Assembly (NCBI GenBank): GCA_037481815.1
Contig: JBBFKX010000002.1
Location: 320,001 to 384,000 of the forward strand
Source: a candidate division WOR-3 bacterium
GTDB lineage: Bacteria > Hydrothermota > 32-111
Direction: 5' to 3'
DNA: 64,000 nucleotides
A program made the position numbers and the translations under genes. The notes below the pieces were generated by a model. It saw only the letters and a program-made list of their open reading frames with translations, did not search any database and had not been told where the DNA came from. Below, one piece after another: positions 35,182-43,778 of the stretch. Every line of letters starts with the position of its first letter. Positions within the stretch are counted from its first letter, which is position 1.

Positions 35182-37077
35182 TTATTTAACTGTGACAATC
35201 TTCTTTGTGAAGTTGTTGACACCATCATTAACCTTTACAAAGTAAACACCCTGTTTCAGGTTAAGATTGAGTGAGTGGGTTCCTTTTGCAAAGAATTTGT
35301 TAATTTTGTTTACAACTCTTCCTGTTGCATCATAAACTGATATTTCAACATTCTTACCTTCACTCATAACAAAACTGATCGTTCCATTCTTGCTGAATGT
35401 TGATACATTGTAAACATTTTTGTTAACTCTTGAAGAAACTTCTGAGTTCATACCCCAGACAGTTGTTCCAAGTTCTTCCCAAACAAGTGTTGGATCATTT
35501 ATATCAATTGCCGCATAATAAATTGAGTCCTGTGAACCTGCAACACCTGCTATATGTATAAGTCCATTTTCATCAACATATTTACCACATTCAACTTCAT
35601 AAAGTCCTGCATTTAAAAGTATCGTTGTTCTATAAACTTTATCTGTAATAGTATCAAGCTTTAATGCCTCAACTGATGTTCCACCAAAGACTGGGTCAAC
35701 ATAATCAAGGTAAATTATATACATTCTACCAGTTGCTTGATCATAGCAGAGGTTTGCACTGTATGCGTTTCCTCTCCATGTTGCTGTTGCACCAGTGTTA
35801 TCCAAAACATCACCATCATGTATGTCTATATAGTCATATCTGAAGTTGGTTTCACCATCAAATTTGTATCCAAAAAGAATTGACTGACCCTGCCATATAA
35901 ATGTATATAAATCACCATCTTCATAATAATCTACAAAAAAGTCATTTAAAGGTATAACATAAGCCATTACACCTGTTCCTCTTTCTGGATAGAATTCAGC
36001 ATCCCACCAGTACCACCATGTTCCAAATCCATCACCAAGTGCATTTCCAAGTTCATCTGTCCATCCACCAGTTGCAGTATCAAGGTAGGCTTTAACTGGG
36101 AACGCATCGTTTGTCGAGTTTGCTGTTGTGTCAAGATTATATATAACTGTGTCACCATTTATTGTATTAACATTTGGCCAGATATTTCCCTCAAAGAGAC
36201 CATAGTATGCATCCCATGTTACACCAAGATCTGTTGTCTTCGCATAACCTGGAATTATCGCTGAACCTGGTCCTGATGCAAGGATATCTGATCTTGTTTC
36301 ATTTTCCCAGACCATTCCAAAAATACCATGAACATCATCATTGTTTCCCCATCTAATTGCTGAAACATCTATTTCCCAGAGTGTAGTAGTATTGAGTGTT
36401 GCCGGGAAATCATATGTTCCCCATGTTGCACCATAATCTGTTGAATGGTTTGAACCGAATCCGCCTGCAAAATCATAAGCAATCATTACAACTTTGTCTC
36501 CATCTGGATTAACTGCGATTGATGGCATATATGCCATATAGTTTGCTGTATCTGTAACAAGTATTGGAGCACTCCATCCACCACCATTTGCACCAAGTAG
36601 ATCTGCTGTGAACCAATCACCCCAATATGCAGATGTTCTGTAATTGATTATAACATAAGGTGCTTCACCCAATGCAGCAACTGAAACCATTTCATTATAG
36701 TTTCTTGCAAATGGACCTGTTGCTGTTATTAGTGTTGGTGTTGACCATGTTGATCCACCGTCCAAACTTGCTGTATAATATACACCTTGGAAAGCACCAC
36801 CATTATACCAACCAGAAACTACCTGTATTGTCTGTCCATCTTTTGATGAAACTATACTCTGTAGTGGTGTTGGAGCAAATCCTCTCATATCACCACCAAG
36901 TTCAAGTATTCCTTTCATCCCTGCTGCCTGTGCATCAGCATCTTTTGTCTCCAAAAATTTACCATCCTGTGAAACTTTTGTAACCTGTCTTATCTTTGCA
37001 AGTGCATCATTTGTTGGCATTGCAAACAAAGAAAATGCAAATGCCAATACAAAGAGAAGAACAAATACTCTCTTCAT
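35182..37077 (-). CDS. Secreted BNR/Asp-box (beta-propeller) protein with a T9SS-type sorting domain
   Basis: Signal peptide; Asp boxes SLDGGSTW, STDYGATW, TTDLGVTW; CTD SVYDATGRVV..QGVYFVKV..KKIVTVK. Confidence 0.85.
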   Translation of the reverse strand: MKRVFVLLFVLAFAFSLFAMPTNDALAKIRQVTKVSQDGKFLETKDADAQAAGMKGILELGGDMRGFAPTPLQSIVSSKDGQTIQVVSGWYNGGAFQGVYYTASLDGGSTWSTPTLITATGPFARNYNEMVSVAALGEAPYVIINYRTSAYWGDWFTADLLGANGGGWSAPILVTDTANYMAYMPSIAVNPDGDKVVMIAYDFAGGFGSNHSTDYGATWGTYDFPATLNTTTLWEIDVSAIRWGNNDDVHGIFGMVWENETRSDILASGPGSAIIPGYAKTTDLGVTWDAYYGLFEGNIWPNVNTINGDTVIYNLDTTANSTNDAFPVKAYLDTATGGWTDELGNALGDGFGTWWYWWDAEFYPERGTGVMAYVIPLNDFFVDYYEDGDLYTFIWQGQSILFGYKFDGETNFRYDYIDIHDGDVLDNTGATATWRGNAYSANLCYDQATGRMYIIYLDYVDPVFGGTSVEALKLDTITDKVYRTTILLNAGLYEVECGKYVDENGLIHIAGVAGSQDSIYYAAIDINDPTLVWEELGTTVWGMNSEVSSRVNKNVYNVSTFSKNGTISFVMSEGKNVEISVYDATGRVVNKINKFFAKGTHSLNLNLKQGVYFVKVNDGVNNFTKKIVTVK

Positions 37078-37192
37078 TTTACCTCCTATCTTTAAGGTTT
37101 CCTTTTTTCTTGAGAAGAACCATCTCTTTTTTATTTTTCCTCCTTTTATCTTTTATTTTAGAATCAACTTTAAAAAAAGTCAATAGTTTTTT

Positions 37193-37266
37193 TACACCCG
37201 AAAGGATTTGAACCTTCAACCTGCGGAACCGGAATCCGCTGCTCTATCCAGTTGAGCTACGGGTGT
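37193..37266 (-). tRNA. tRNA-Arg(CCG), CCA not encoded
   Basis: ACACCCG-TA-GCTC-AACTGGATA-GAGC-A-GCGGA-TTCCGGT-TCCGC-AGGTT-GAAGG-TTCAAAT-CCTTT-CGGGTGT-A. Confidence 0.95.
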
Positions 37267-37358
37267 CATTTTTTCTTTTTATGACGCATCGCTTTTCTTC
37301 TTTTCTTTCTTTTATGAGTTGCTATCTTTTTTCTTTTTCTCTTTCTTCCACAGGGCAT
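37266..37358 (-). CDS. 30-aa basic ribosomal protein bS22 (AURKAIP1/COX24, mS38-like)
   Basis: Below the ORF-track cutoff. AAGGAGG RBS; MPCGRKRKRKKIATHKRKKRRKAMRHKKKK matches the MPxG(K/R)KRK..ATHKRKKR..RHKKK pattern. Confidence 0.88.
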   Translation of the reverse strand: MPCGRKRKRKKIATHKRKKRRKAMRHKKKK

Positions 37359-37368
37359 TTATACCTCC

Positions 37369-37677
37369 TTATCTTTTTTCAACTTTCTCTTTCAAAATTT
37401 TTGATGGTTTAAAAGCAGGAACATATCTTTCTGGAACTTCAACCTGTGCTCCTGTTTTTGGATGTCTTGCGATTCTCTGTCTTCTCTTCTTTGTTTTAAA
37501 AACTCCAAGTCCTCTGATCTCTATCCTATCCCTGTTAACAAGTGTTTCGGTTATCAGATCTATCAAAGTTTCAAAACAGATTTCAACATCCCTTCTCATA
37601 ACCCCTGTTCTTTCAGCAATCTGATCTATAACATCAGCTTTCGTTTTTGTTTTTGCCTTATCTTTTACTTCAGCCAT
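37369..37677 (-). CDS. HU/IHF family DNA-binding protein
   Basis: TKADVI, IEIRGLGVF, RIARHPKTG, PAFKPSKILKE. Confidence 0.93.
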   Translation of the reverse strand: MAEVKDKAKTKTKADVIDQIAERTGVMRRDVEICFETLIDLITETLVNRDRIEIRGLGVFKTKKRRQRIARHPKTGAQVEVPERYVPAFKPSKILKEKVEKR

Positions 37678-37735
37678 ACTTCCCCCTTTTTGTTAATATT
37701 ATCAGGTGATTTTTAAAAGTCAAGTTCTTAAAATT

Positions 37736-38224
37736 TTAAAATTCTTTTCTTATTCTGTCTATAAAACTTTTTAAGTTAATCACTACTAAAGAATCTTTAC
37801 ATTCATCCTCAGATAATTTCGTTTCAAAAATTTTTTCAGTAAGCACATTCTCTGTAACATTTAAAATTCGAAATTCAACATTCAATACATATTTATAACT
37901 TTTTATGTTTCCGTCCTCTCCATAACCATAAATGGATCTTGAATAATCTTTGATAGTAATGTTCAAACTGTCCCTTTCGCTTTGCTCATTAACAATTTTT
38001 ACATTCGCATAAACTGGAAAGATTTCAAAGATCCTGTTATAAAATTTTTCTTCAAAATCAAGATAAAAAGTTCTGTTTTCAATTTTTCCCAAAACAACCC
38101 TTTCAAAAGGCAAACTTCCTTTTACAAACGAGTAAAAACAACCTTCAAAACTAATCAGAGATAGTATAATTATTAAAAAGATACCTTTTAATCTTTTTGG
38201 TTGTTGTTTTAGGAAACTCTTCAT
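37736..38224 (-). CDS. lptE: LptE-family LPS assembly lipoprotein (start uncertain)
   Basis: Lipobox FEGC followed by FYSF..GSLP..IENRT; size fits; 5' end overlaps the upstream gene. Confidence 0.6.
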   Translation of the reverse strand: MKSFLKQQPKRLKGIFLIIILSLISFEGCFYSFVKGSLPFERVVLGKIENRTFYLDFEEKFYNRIFEIFPVYANVKIVNEQSERDSLNITIKDYSRSIYGYGEDGNIKSYKYVLNVEFRILNVTENVLTEKIFETKLSEDECKDSLVVINLKSFIDRIRKEF

Positions 38225-39872
38225 ATCTGATATCAAATTTTTTCACCCTCTTATAATCAGCAAGATTTTCACATATTTTTGCGATCTCTTTTCCTATTAT
38301 CTCTTTTAATTCTTTGTGCCCTTCCTCTTCTGAAAGATTCTTTTTCATAACATTTTCAATAAGTTCTGGGTTTGGATAAACGACAGCACCGACCTCTTCT
38401 CTTCCAGTTTTTTTATTTATCACAGGTAAAACTAAAACCTCTTCGATAAGTTCACTTTCTCCAAGCATCTCCTCTATCTCTTCAGGGTAAACATTTTTTC
38501 CCGCTTCTGTAACTATAATGGATTTTTTTCTTCCCGAGATATAAAGATATCCCTCTTTATCCTTGTATCCAATATCGCCAGTATAAAACCATCCATCTTT
38601 TATAACAGCATCGGTTGCTGATTGGTTGTTGTAGTAACCTTTCATAACTATTGGACCTTTGATTTTCAATTCTCCTTCTCCATTTTCATTCGGGCTATCT
38701 ATTTCAACTTCAACTCCTTCGATTGGAATACCAATCGAACGATGTTTGTATTTATGTAAAGGATTTACGGAAACAACTGGAGAGGTTTCAGTAAGACCAT
38801 AACCCTGAACAAGCAAAAATCCAAACGATTCAAAACTTTCCGCAACTTCTGGTTTTAATGCTGCACCACCTGAAATCATCAATCTGATCGTTGAAAGTCC
38901 CGATTTTTCCCTTAAGGATTTAAAAATTGGACTTCCAAGTTTAATGTTAAGTAAAAATTTTGAACCCTTTTCAATAGCAAGCATTCCATTGACTATCGTA
39001 TTCGTAACAGGTGATTTTTTGATCGCTCGTTTTATTCCAAGGATTATCTTTTCAAAAAGAAGGGGAACACCAAGCATAATCGTTGATTGTGAATCTTTTA
39101 TATCCTCTAAGATTTCGTTTGGTTTTAAAGATCTTGCATAGGTTATTGTGCAGCCATTATAAAGTGGTAACAAAAAACCTGCTGTTGCTTCAAATGTATG
39201 GTGAAGAGGAAGAACAGATATGAATCTATCATTCTCTTTTACTTCGATAAGTTTTGCACTGTAGATGATATCATAACTTATATTCCTGCTTGTAAGCATA
39301 ACTCCCTTTGATTGTCCTGTTGTGCCTGATGTAAAAATTATAACATAGGGATCATCAAGAGAAACTTTTACATCTTTATACTTATGGGAACCTGATTCGA
39401 TAAGTTTTCTCCCCTCTTCAAGTGCAACATAAAAAGGAATTTCATGTGTGTGTTCTGCTTCATCCATCGAAATAACATATTTTAAATCTGGAAGCGAATC
39501 TTTTATCTCATTTATAAGATCTAAATATCTTGGAGATACAAAAATCCCTTTTGCTCCAATGTAATGGAGTATCATTTTTATCTCTTTCTCTTTTAACATC
39601 GAATCTATGGGGATTACATAAGCCCCACTCCTTGCTATCGAAAGATATGAAACAGCCCATTCAGGTCGATTTTCTCCAAGTACAGCAAATGCATCTCCCC
39701 TTTTGACACCAAGGTGTAAAAGATATTCAGCAAGTTTTTTCGTCATATCGTTCAACTGTTCATATGTTATAGATCTGAAAGTGTATCCTGATTTTATCTG
39801 TAAAGCAATTTTACTTCCAAACTTTCTTGCGGAAATTTCTGGAATATCTTTGATCAAAAATAGATCTTCCAT
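38151..39872 (-). CDS. Long-chain fatty-acid-CoA ligase (AMP-binding)
   Basis: IFTSGTTGQSKGVML, LPLHHTFE, QGYGLTETSP, WFYTGDIG, GKNVYPEEIE, PKTTTKKIKR. Confidence 0.92.
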   Translation of the reverse strand: MEDLFLIKDIPEISARKFGSKIALQIKSGYTFRSITYEQLNDMTKKLAEYLLHLGVKRGDAFAVLGENRPEWAVSYLSIARSGAYVIPIDSMLKEKEIKMILHYIGAKGIFVSPRYLDLINEIKDSLPDLKYVISMDEAEHTHEIPFYVALEEGRKLIESGSHKYKDVKVSLDDPYVIIFTSGTTGQSKGVMLTSRNISYDIIYSAKLIEVKENDRFISVLPLHHTFEATAGFLLPLYNGCTITYARSLKPNEILEDIKDSQSTIMLGVPLLFEKIILGIKRAIKKSPVTNTIVNGMLAIEKGSKFLLNIKLGSPIFKSLREKSGLSTIRLMISGGAALKPEVAESFESFGFLLVQGYGLTETSPVVSVNPLHKYKHRSIGIPIEGVEVEIDSPNENGEGELKIKGPIVMKGYYNNQSATDAVIKDGWFYTGDIGYKDKEGYLYISGRKKSIIVTEAGKNVYPEEIEEMLGESELIEEVLVLPVINKKTGREEVGAVVYPNPELIENVMKKNLSEEEGHKELKEIIGKEIAKICENLADYKRVKKFDIRYEEFPKTTTKKIKRYLFNNYTISD

Positions 39873-39881
39873 CAAAACTCC

Positions 39882-40475
39882 TTATTCGTTAACATCTATA
39901 AGTTCCCATTCAGAATAGTTACCATTTGTGTATTCCAATCTTTTATAGAGAAGCCCCTTAGAAATTGACCAGTAGAGATAACCGTAATAATCATCTTCCA
40001 TAATTTTTACTTTAACAACATCGCTGAATGTTCCAGCACTCACTTCAACTGTTGTATCTATTGCTGCAATCTTTCTTGTTTCCGATTTATAAAGCCATGA
40101 ATTATCAATTTCAACAGGTGTTTCAAGATATACTTCCTCTTCTGAAAAACCTGAGAAATATTCATCCTTTCCGTAGAAAATCAAATTTTCATCTTTGTCG
40201 ATTATCAAAAATCTTGTTTGTCCGTCATCGTTAATCGTGTAAACTTTTCGATCGGTCTTATCTGTGAAATCAACTATTTTCCATTCATAGTTATCAGTTG
40301 TGGTATAGTTTATCGCTGATATATAGGTTGTAAACTTGTAATAGTATGTCATATCCTCTTTAAAATTGGAAGACCAATCATAAATGTTGTTTGGGTCTTT
40401 TACCCATGGAAGAAGTGTACAACTCGACAGAATAAAAGCAATGAGAAAAATGAAAAAAGAAATTTTTTTAACCAT
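39882..40475 (-). CDS. Hypothetical lipoprotein
   Basis: Lipobox LSSC; C-terminal VEVSAGTFSDVVKV..YWSISKGL beta-rich motif. Confidence 0.75.
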   Translation of the reverse strand: MVKKISFFIFLIAFILSSCTLLPWVKDPNNIYDWSSNFKEDMTYYYKFTTYISAINYTTTDNYEWKIVDFTDKTDRKVYTINDDGQTRFLIIDKDENLIFYGKDEYFSGFSEEEVYLETPVEIDNSWLYKSETRKIAAIDTTVEVSAGTFSDVVKVKIMEDDYYGYLYWSISKGLLYKRLEYTNGNYSEWELIDVNE

Positions 40476-40483
40476 TTTACCTC

Positions 40484-41650
40484 CTAATACATATCTGTTA
40501 TCTCACAGCCCCTTTTAATGATCTCCTGAGCTATAACAAGTCGTTGTATCTGATTGGTCCCTTCATATATCTGTGTTATTTTTGCATCTCTCATCATCTT
40601 TTCAACAGGATACTCTTTTATGTAGCCATATCCACCAAAAACCTGAACCGCATCGGTTGTTACTTCCATTGCAACATCTGAACAGAAGGTCTTTACCATC
40701 GAACCAACTCTTGCAATATCCTTTCCGCCACCATCAACATATCTTGCGGATGTGTATGTTAACGCTCTTGCTGCTTCAATTTTTATAGCCATATTTGCTA
40801 TCATATTTTGAACCATCTGGAATGTAATAATTTTTTGCCCAAACTGAACTCTCTGTTGAGCATAGTTAACAGATTCTTCATAAGCGCCCTGTGCTATACC
40901 AAGGGCCTGAGCACCAACTCCTATTCTTGAATAATCAAGTGTTTTCATCGCAACTTTAAATCCCTGCCCTTCACCACCAAGAATATTTTCCTTTGGAACC
41001 TTACAGTTATCAAAAACAAGTTCAACAGTTGCAGATGCTCTTATTCCCATCTTATTTTCATGTTTTCCAAAAGTGAAACCTTTCTCTCCCTTTTCAACAA
41101 TGAATGCTGTAAGGCCTCTGATACCTTTTTCAGGATTTGCATTCGCTATTATAACATATATATCAGCAACTTCACCGTTGGTTATAAACTGTTTTGTTCC
41201 GGTTATATAATAAAAATCACCATCCCTTTTTGCAACCGTCTTTATGTTTGATGCATCACTTCCAGCATCCGGTTCAGTTAAACCAAAGGCAGCGAGTTTT
41301 TCTCCAGACGCTATCTGTGGTAAATATTTTTTCTTCTGTTCCTCATTCCCAAAAAGTATTATCGGCATCGTTCCAAGACCTGTTCCAGCGTATCCTAATG
41401 CTATACCAGCACAAACTCTTGATAACTCTTCAGTTGCTATCGACATTCCTGTGATTCCAAGTCCCATACCCTCATATTCTTCGGGTATAAACACTCTGAA
41501 AAGATCCGATTTTGCAAGGTATTCCATTATCTCATAGGGGAATTTTGCTGTTTCATCATATTCCTGTCTTACTGGCTTTATCTTTTCCTCAGCGATCTGT
41601 CTAGAAAGATTTTTGACTTCAAGCAGTTCTTCTGATAATAAAAGATGCAT
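40484..41650 (-). CDS. Acyl-CoA dehydrogenase (short/branched-chain type)
   Basis: FGLTEPDAGSD, GTKQFITNG, KMGIRAS, RVQFG, QVFGGYGY, IYEGTNQIQR. Confidence 0.95.
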   Translation of the reverse strand: MHLLLSEELLEVKNLSRQIAEEKIKPVRQEYDETAKFPYEIMEYLAKSDLFRVFIPEEYEGMGLGITGMSIATEELSRVCAGIALGYAGTGLGTMPIILFGNEEQKKKYLPQIASGEKLAAFGLTEPDAGSDASNIKTVAKRDGDFYYITGTKQFITNGEVADIYVIIANANPEKGIRGLTAFIVEKGEKGFTFGKHENKMGIRASATVELVFDNCKVPKENILGGEGQGFKVAMKTLDYSRIGVGAQALGIAQGAYEESVNYAQQRVQFGQKIITFQMVQNMIANMAIKIEAARALTYTSARYVDGGGKDIARVGSMVKTFCSDVAMEVTTDAVQVFGGYGYIKEYPVEKMMRDAKITQIYEGTNQIQRLVIAQEIIKRGCEITDMY

Positions 41651-41667
41651 CAAACCTCCTATATATA

Positions 41668-42072
41668 TTATTTTCTATTCTTTTCAAACCAATCTTTTAA
41701 ATATTCTATAACTTCTTTTGTTTGACTTCCTGGACCGAAAAGTTTTCCAACACCCATTTTTTCTAATTCTTCCATATCTTCTTTGGGTATGATTCCTCCA
41801 CCAAAAAGAAGTATATCATCCCTTTTGTTCTCTTTCAAAAGTTTTAAAACTTTTGGAAAAATTGTCATATGTGCACCTGAAAGTATCGAAAGCCCAACAG
41901 CGTCAACATCTTCATCGATTGCGGTTTTTACTATCTTTTCAGGTGTTTGATGTAATCCTGTATATATAACTTCCATTCCAGCATCGGACAGAGCAGACGC
42001 AATTACTTTCGCTCCCCTATCGTGTCCATCAAGTCCTGGTTTAGCAACAAGAACTTTTATTTTTCTTTCCAT
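41668..42072 (-). CDS. Cobalamin-binding small subunit of a methylmalonyl-CoA-mutase-family enzyme
   Basis: [13 protein letters not shown] (DxHxxG), [15 protein letters not shown]. Confidence 0.93.
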   Translation of the reverse strand: MERKIKVLVAKPGLDGHDRGAKVIASALSDAGMEVIYTGLHQTPEKIVKTAIDEDVDAVGLSILSGAHMTIFPKVLKLLKENKRDDILLFGGGIIPKEDMEELEKMGVGKLFGPGSQTKEVIEYLKDWFEKNRK

Positions 42073-43013
42073 ATATCCTCCAAACTTTTCAGATCAATTT
42101 TCTTAAAAATTTTTTCAGATATTTCATAAGGTGAAATATCTTTATCTTTTGTATTTTCTATAATTTTTAACTCCCTGTCAATACTTTTTATAAACATATC
42201 TCTTAAAATATCTCTCACCTCTTTATTTTTTCTTATCTTTCTCTTTCTTTCTATTATTCCGTTTTCAATAAAAGTTTTTTTCAAATTTTCAATCTCTTCA
42301 ACAAGTTTATCGATATTCTGATCATCTTTTGCTGAAACATTGATAACCGGTGGAAGAATCTCTTTATCTTTTGTTTTCATCTGTAAAATCGATTTTATGT
42401 ATTCAGATGTTTTTTCTGCACCATCTCTATCAGATTTGTTAACAATAAAAATATCGCCTATCTCCATAATTCCTGCTTTCATCGCCTGAATCGAATCTCC
42501 CGATTCAGGAACAAGCACTACAATGACAAGGTCAGTAATCTCCATAACATCAAGTTCAGATTGTCCAACACCAACCGTTTCAACAAGGATCAAATCTGTT
42601 CCAAAGATTTCAAGAACCTGTAGAATATTTTCAGTTGAAGAGGATAACCCCCCAAGAGAACCTCTTGATGCAACCGATCTCATGTAAACATTATCAAACC
42701 TGTACAGATTCTCCATCCTCAACCTATCACCGAGTATCGCTCCTCCCGTAAAGGGACTCGACGGATCTACTGCTAAAATAGATAGATGATTATACTTTCT
42801 GGCAAACCTTTCAACGAGTTTGTTCACCAGAGTTGATTTCCCTACTCCCGGTGGACCAGTGATACCAACTCTAAAACTTTCTTTTCTTTCCTTATAATAC
42901 CTTTTCAAAAATTCGATCCCTTCTGGAGTTTCATTATCAACGAGTGTGATAATTTTTGCAAGTGTAACCCTATCTTTTTCTTTTAATTTTTGAAAAAGAT
43001 TTTCAATATGCAT
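42057..43013 (-). CDS. meaB: Mutase-associated GTPase chaperone
   Basis: [51 protein letters not shown]. Confidence 0.93.
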   Translation of the reverse strand: MHIENLFQKLKEKDRVTLAKIITLVDNETPEGIEFLKRYYKERKESFRVGITGPPGVGKSTLVNKLVERFARKYNHLSILAVDPSSPFTGGAILGDRLRMENLYRFDNVYMRSVASRGSLGGLSSSTENILQVLEIFGTDLILVETVGVGQSELDVMEITDLVIVVLVPESGDSIQAMKAGIMEIGDIFIVNKSDRDGAEKTSEYIKSILQMKTKDKEILPPVINVSAKDDQNIDKLVEEIENLKKTFIENGIIERKRKIRKNKEVRDILRDMFIKSIDRELKIIENTKDKDISPYEISEKIFKKIDLKSLEDIWKEK

Positions 43014-43528
43014 CAGAATTCGATCCCGTCTCTAGCGTTTACACCTTTTTTAAAATAATGTTTGATCTCTTTCATTTCAGTTACAAGATCCGCATTCTCT
43101 ATAATCTTCTTGGTAGCACCTCTGCCTGTCAAAACAAGTTCCACATCGGTTGGTTTATTTTTCATAATGTCAACAACAACACTTTCATCAACCATTTTAA
43201 ATAGAACCGCTACAAGGATTTCATCGAGTATAACAATATCAAAAAGACCTGAAAAAATAATTTCTTTGCTTTTTTCAATACCCTTGTTTACAAGATCTAT
43301 CTCTTCAGTTTTGAGGTTTTTGGGATCTATAAAATAAGGAAAACCAAATTGAAGAAAAGTAATTTTTTTTGAAAGGAACAGATATTCTCCATAGGTTTCA
43401 CTTTTTTTTAAAAATTGAACGATTGCCACTTTTTTACCTTTTCCCAAAGCTCTTATCGCAAGTCCTAAAGCGGCAGTAGTTTTTCCTTTACCATTCCCGG
43501 TATAAACCTGTATATATCCTTTTTCCAT
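43013..43528 (-). CDS. cobO: Cob(I)alamin adenosyltransferase (CobO/BtuR type)
   Basis: QVYTGNGKGKTTAALG, QFLK, ILDEI, LTGR, ADLVTEM..KHYF..GIEF. Confidence 0.93.
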   Translation of the reverse strand: MEKGYIQVYTGNGKGKTTAALGLAIRALGKGKKVAIVQFLKKSETYGEYLFLSKKITFLQFGFPYFIDPKNLKTEEIDLVNKGIEKSKEIIFSGLFDIVILDEILVAVLFKMVDESVVVDIMKNKPTDVELVLTGRGATKKIIENADLVTEMKEIKHYFKKGVNARDGIEF

Positions 43529-43535
43529 TTATATT

Positions 43536-43778
43536 TTACAACTCATCTACCGGAACACCGAGTTGAGTTGATGATTCAAGGTAAGGTGAAAATTCAAGGA
43601 TGAAATCCATGGCTTTTTCTTCGTTCGGTGCTTCAAAGATGAGATAAAAATCTGGTTTTCCAAACATCTGAAGGAAATGAAGTATTTTTATATCATCTGG
43701 TGGAGTTATCTTTTTTACAAGTTCCAACGCTTTATCTGTATTACCCGGTATTATTTCAAGTGTTGAAACAAATATCAT
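43536..43778 (-). CDS. Small hypothetical protein (GYD-like ferredoxin fold suspected)
   Basis: ATGA coupling to gcvPA; MFGKPDFYLIFEAPNEEKAM motif. Confidence 0.65.
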   Translation of the reverse strand: MIFVSTLEIIPGNTDKALELVKKITPPDDIKILHFLQMFGKPDFYLIFEAPNEEKAMDFILEFSPYLESSTQLGVPVDEL

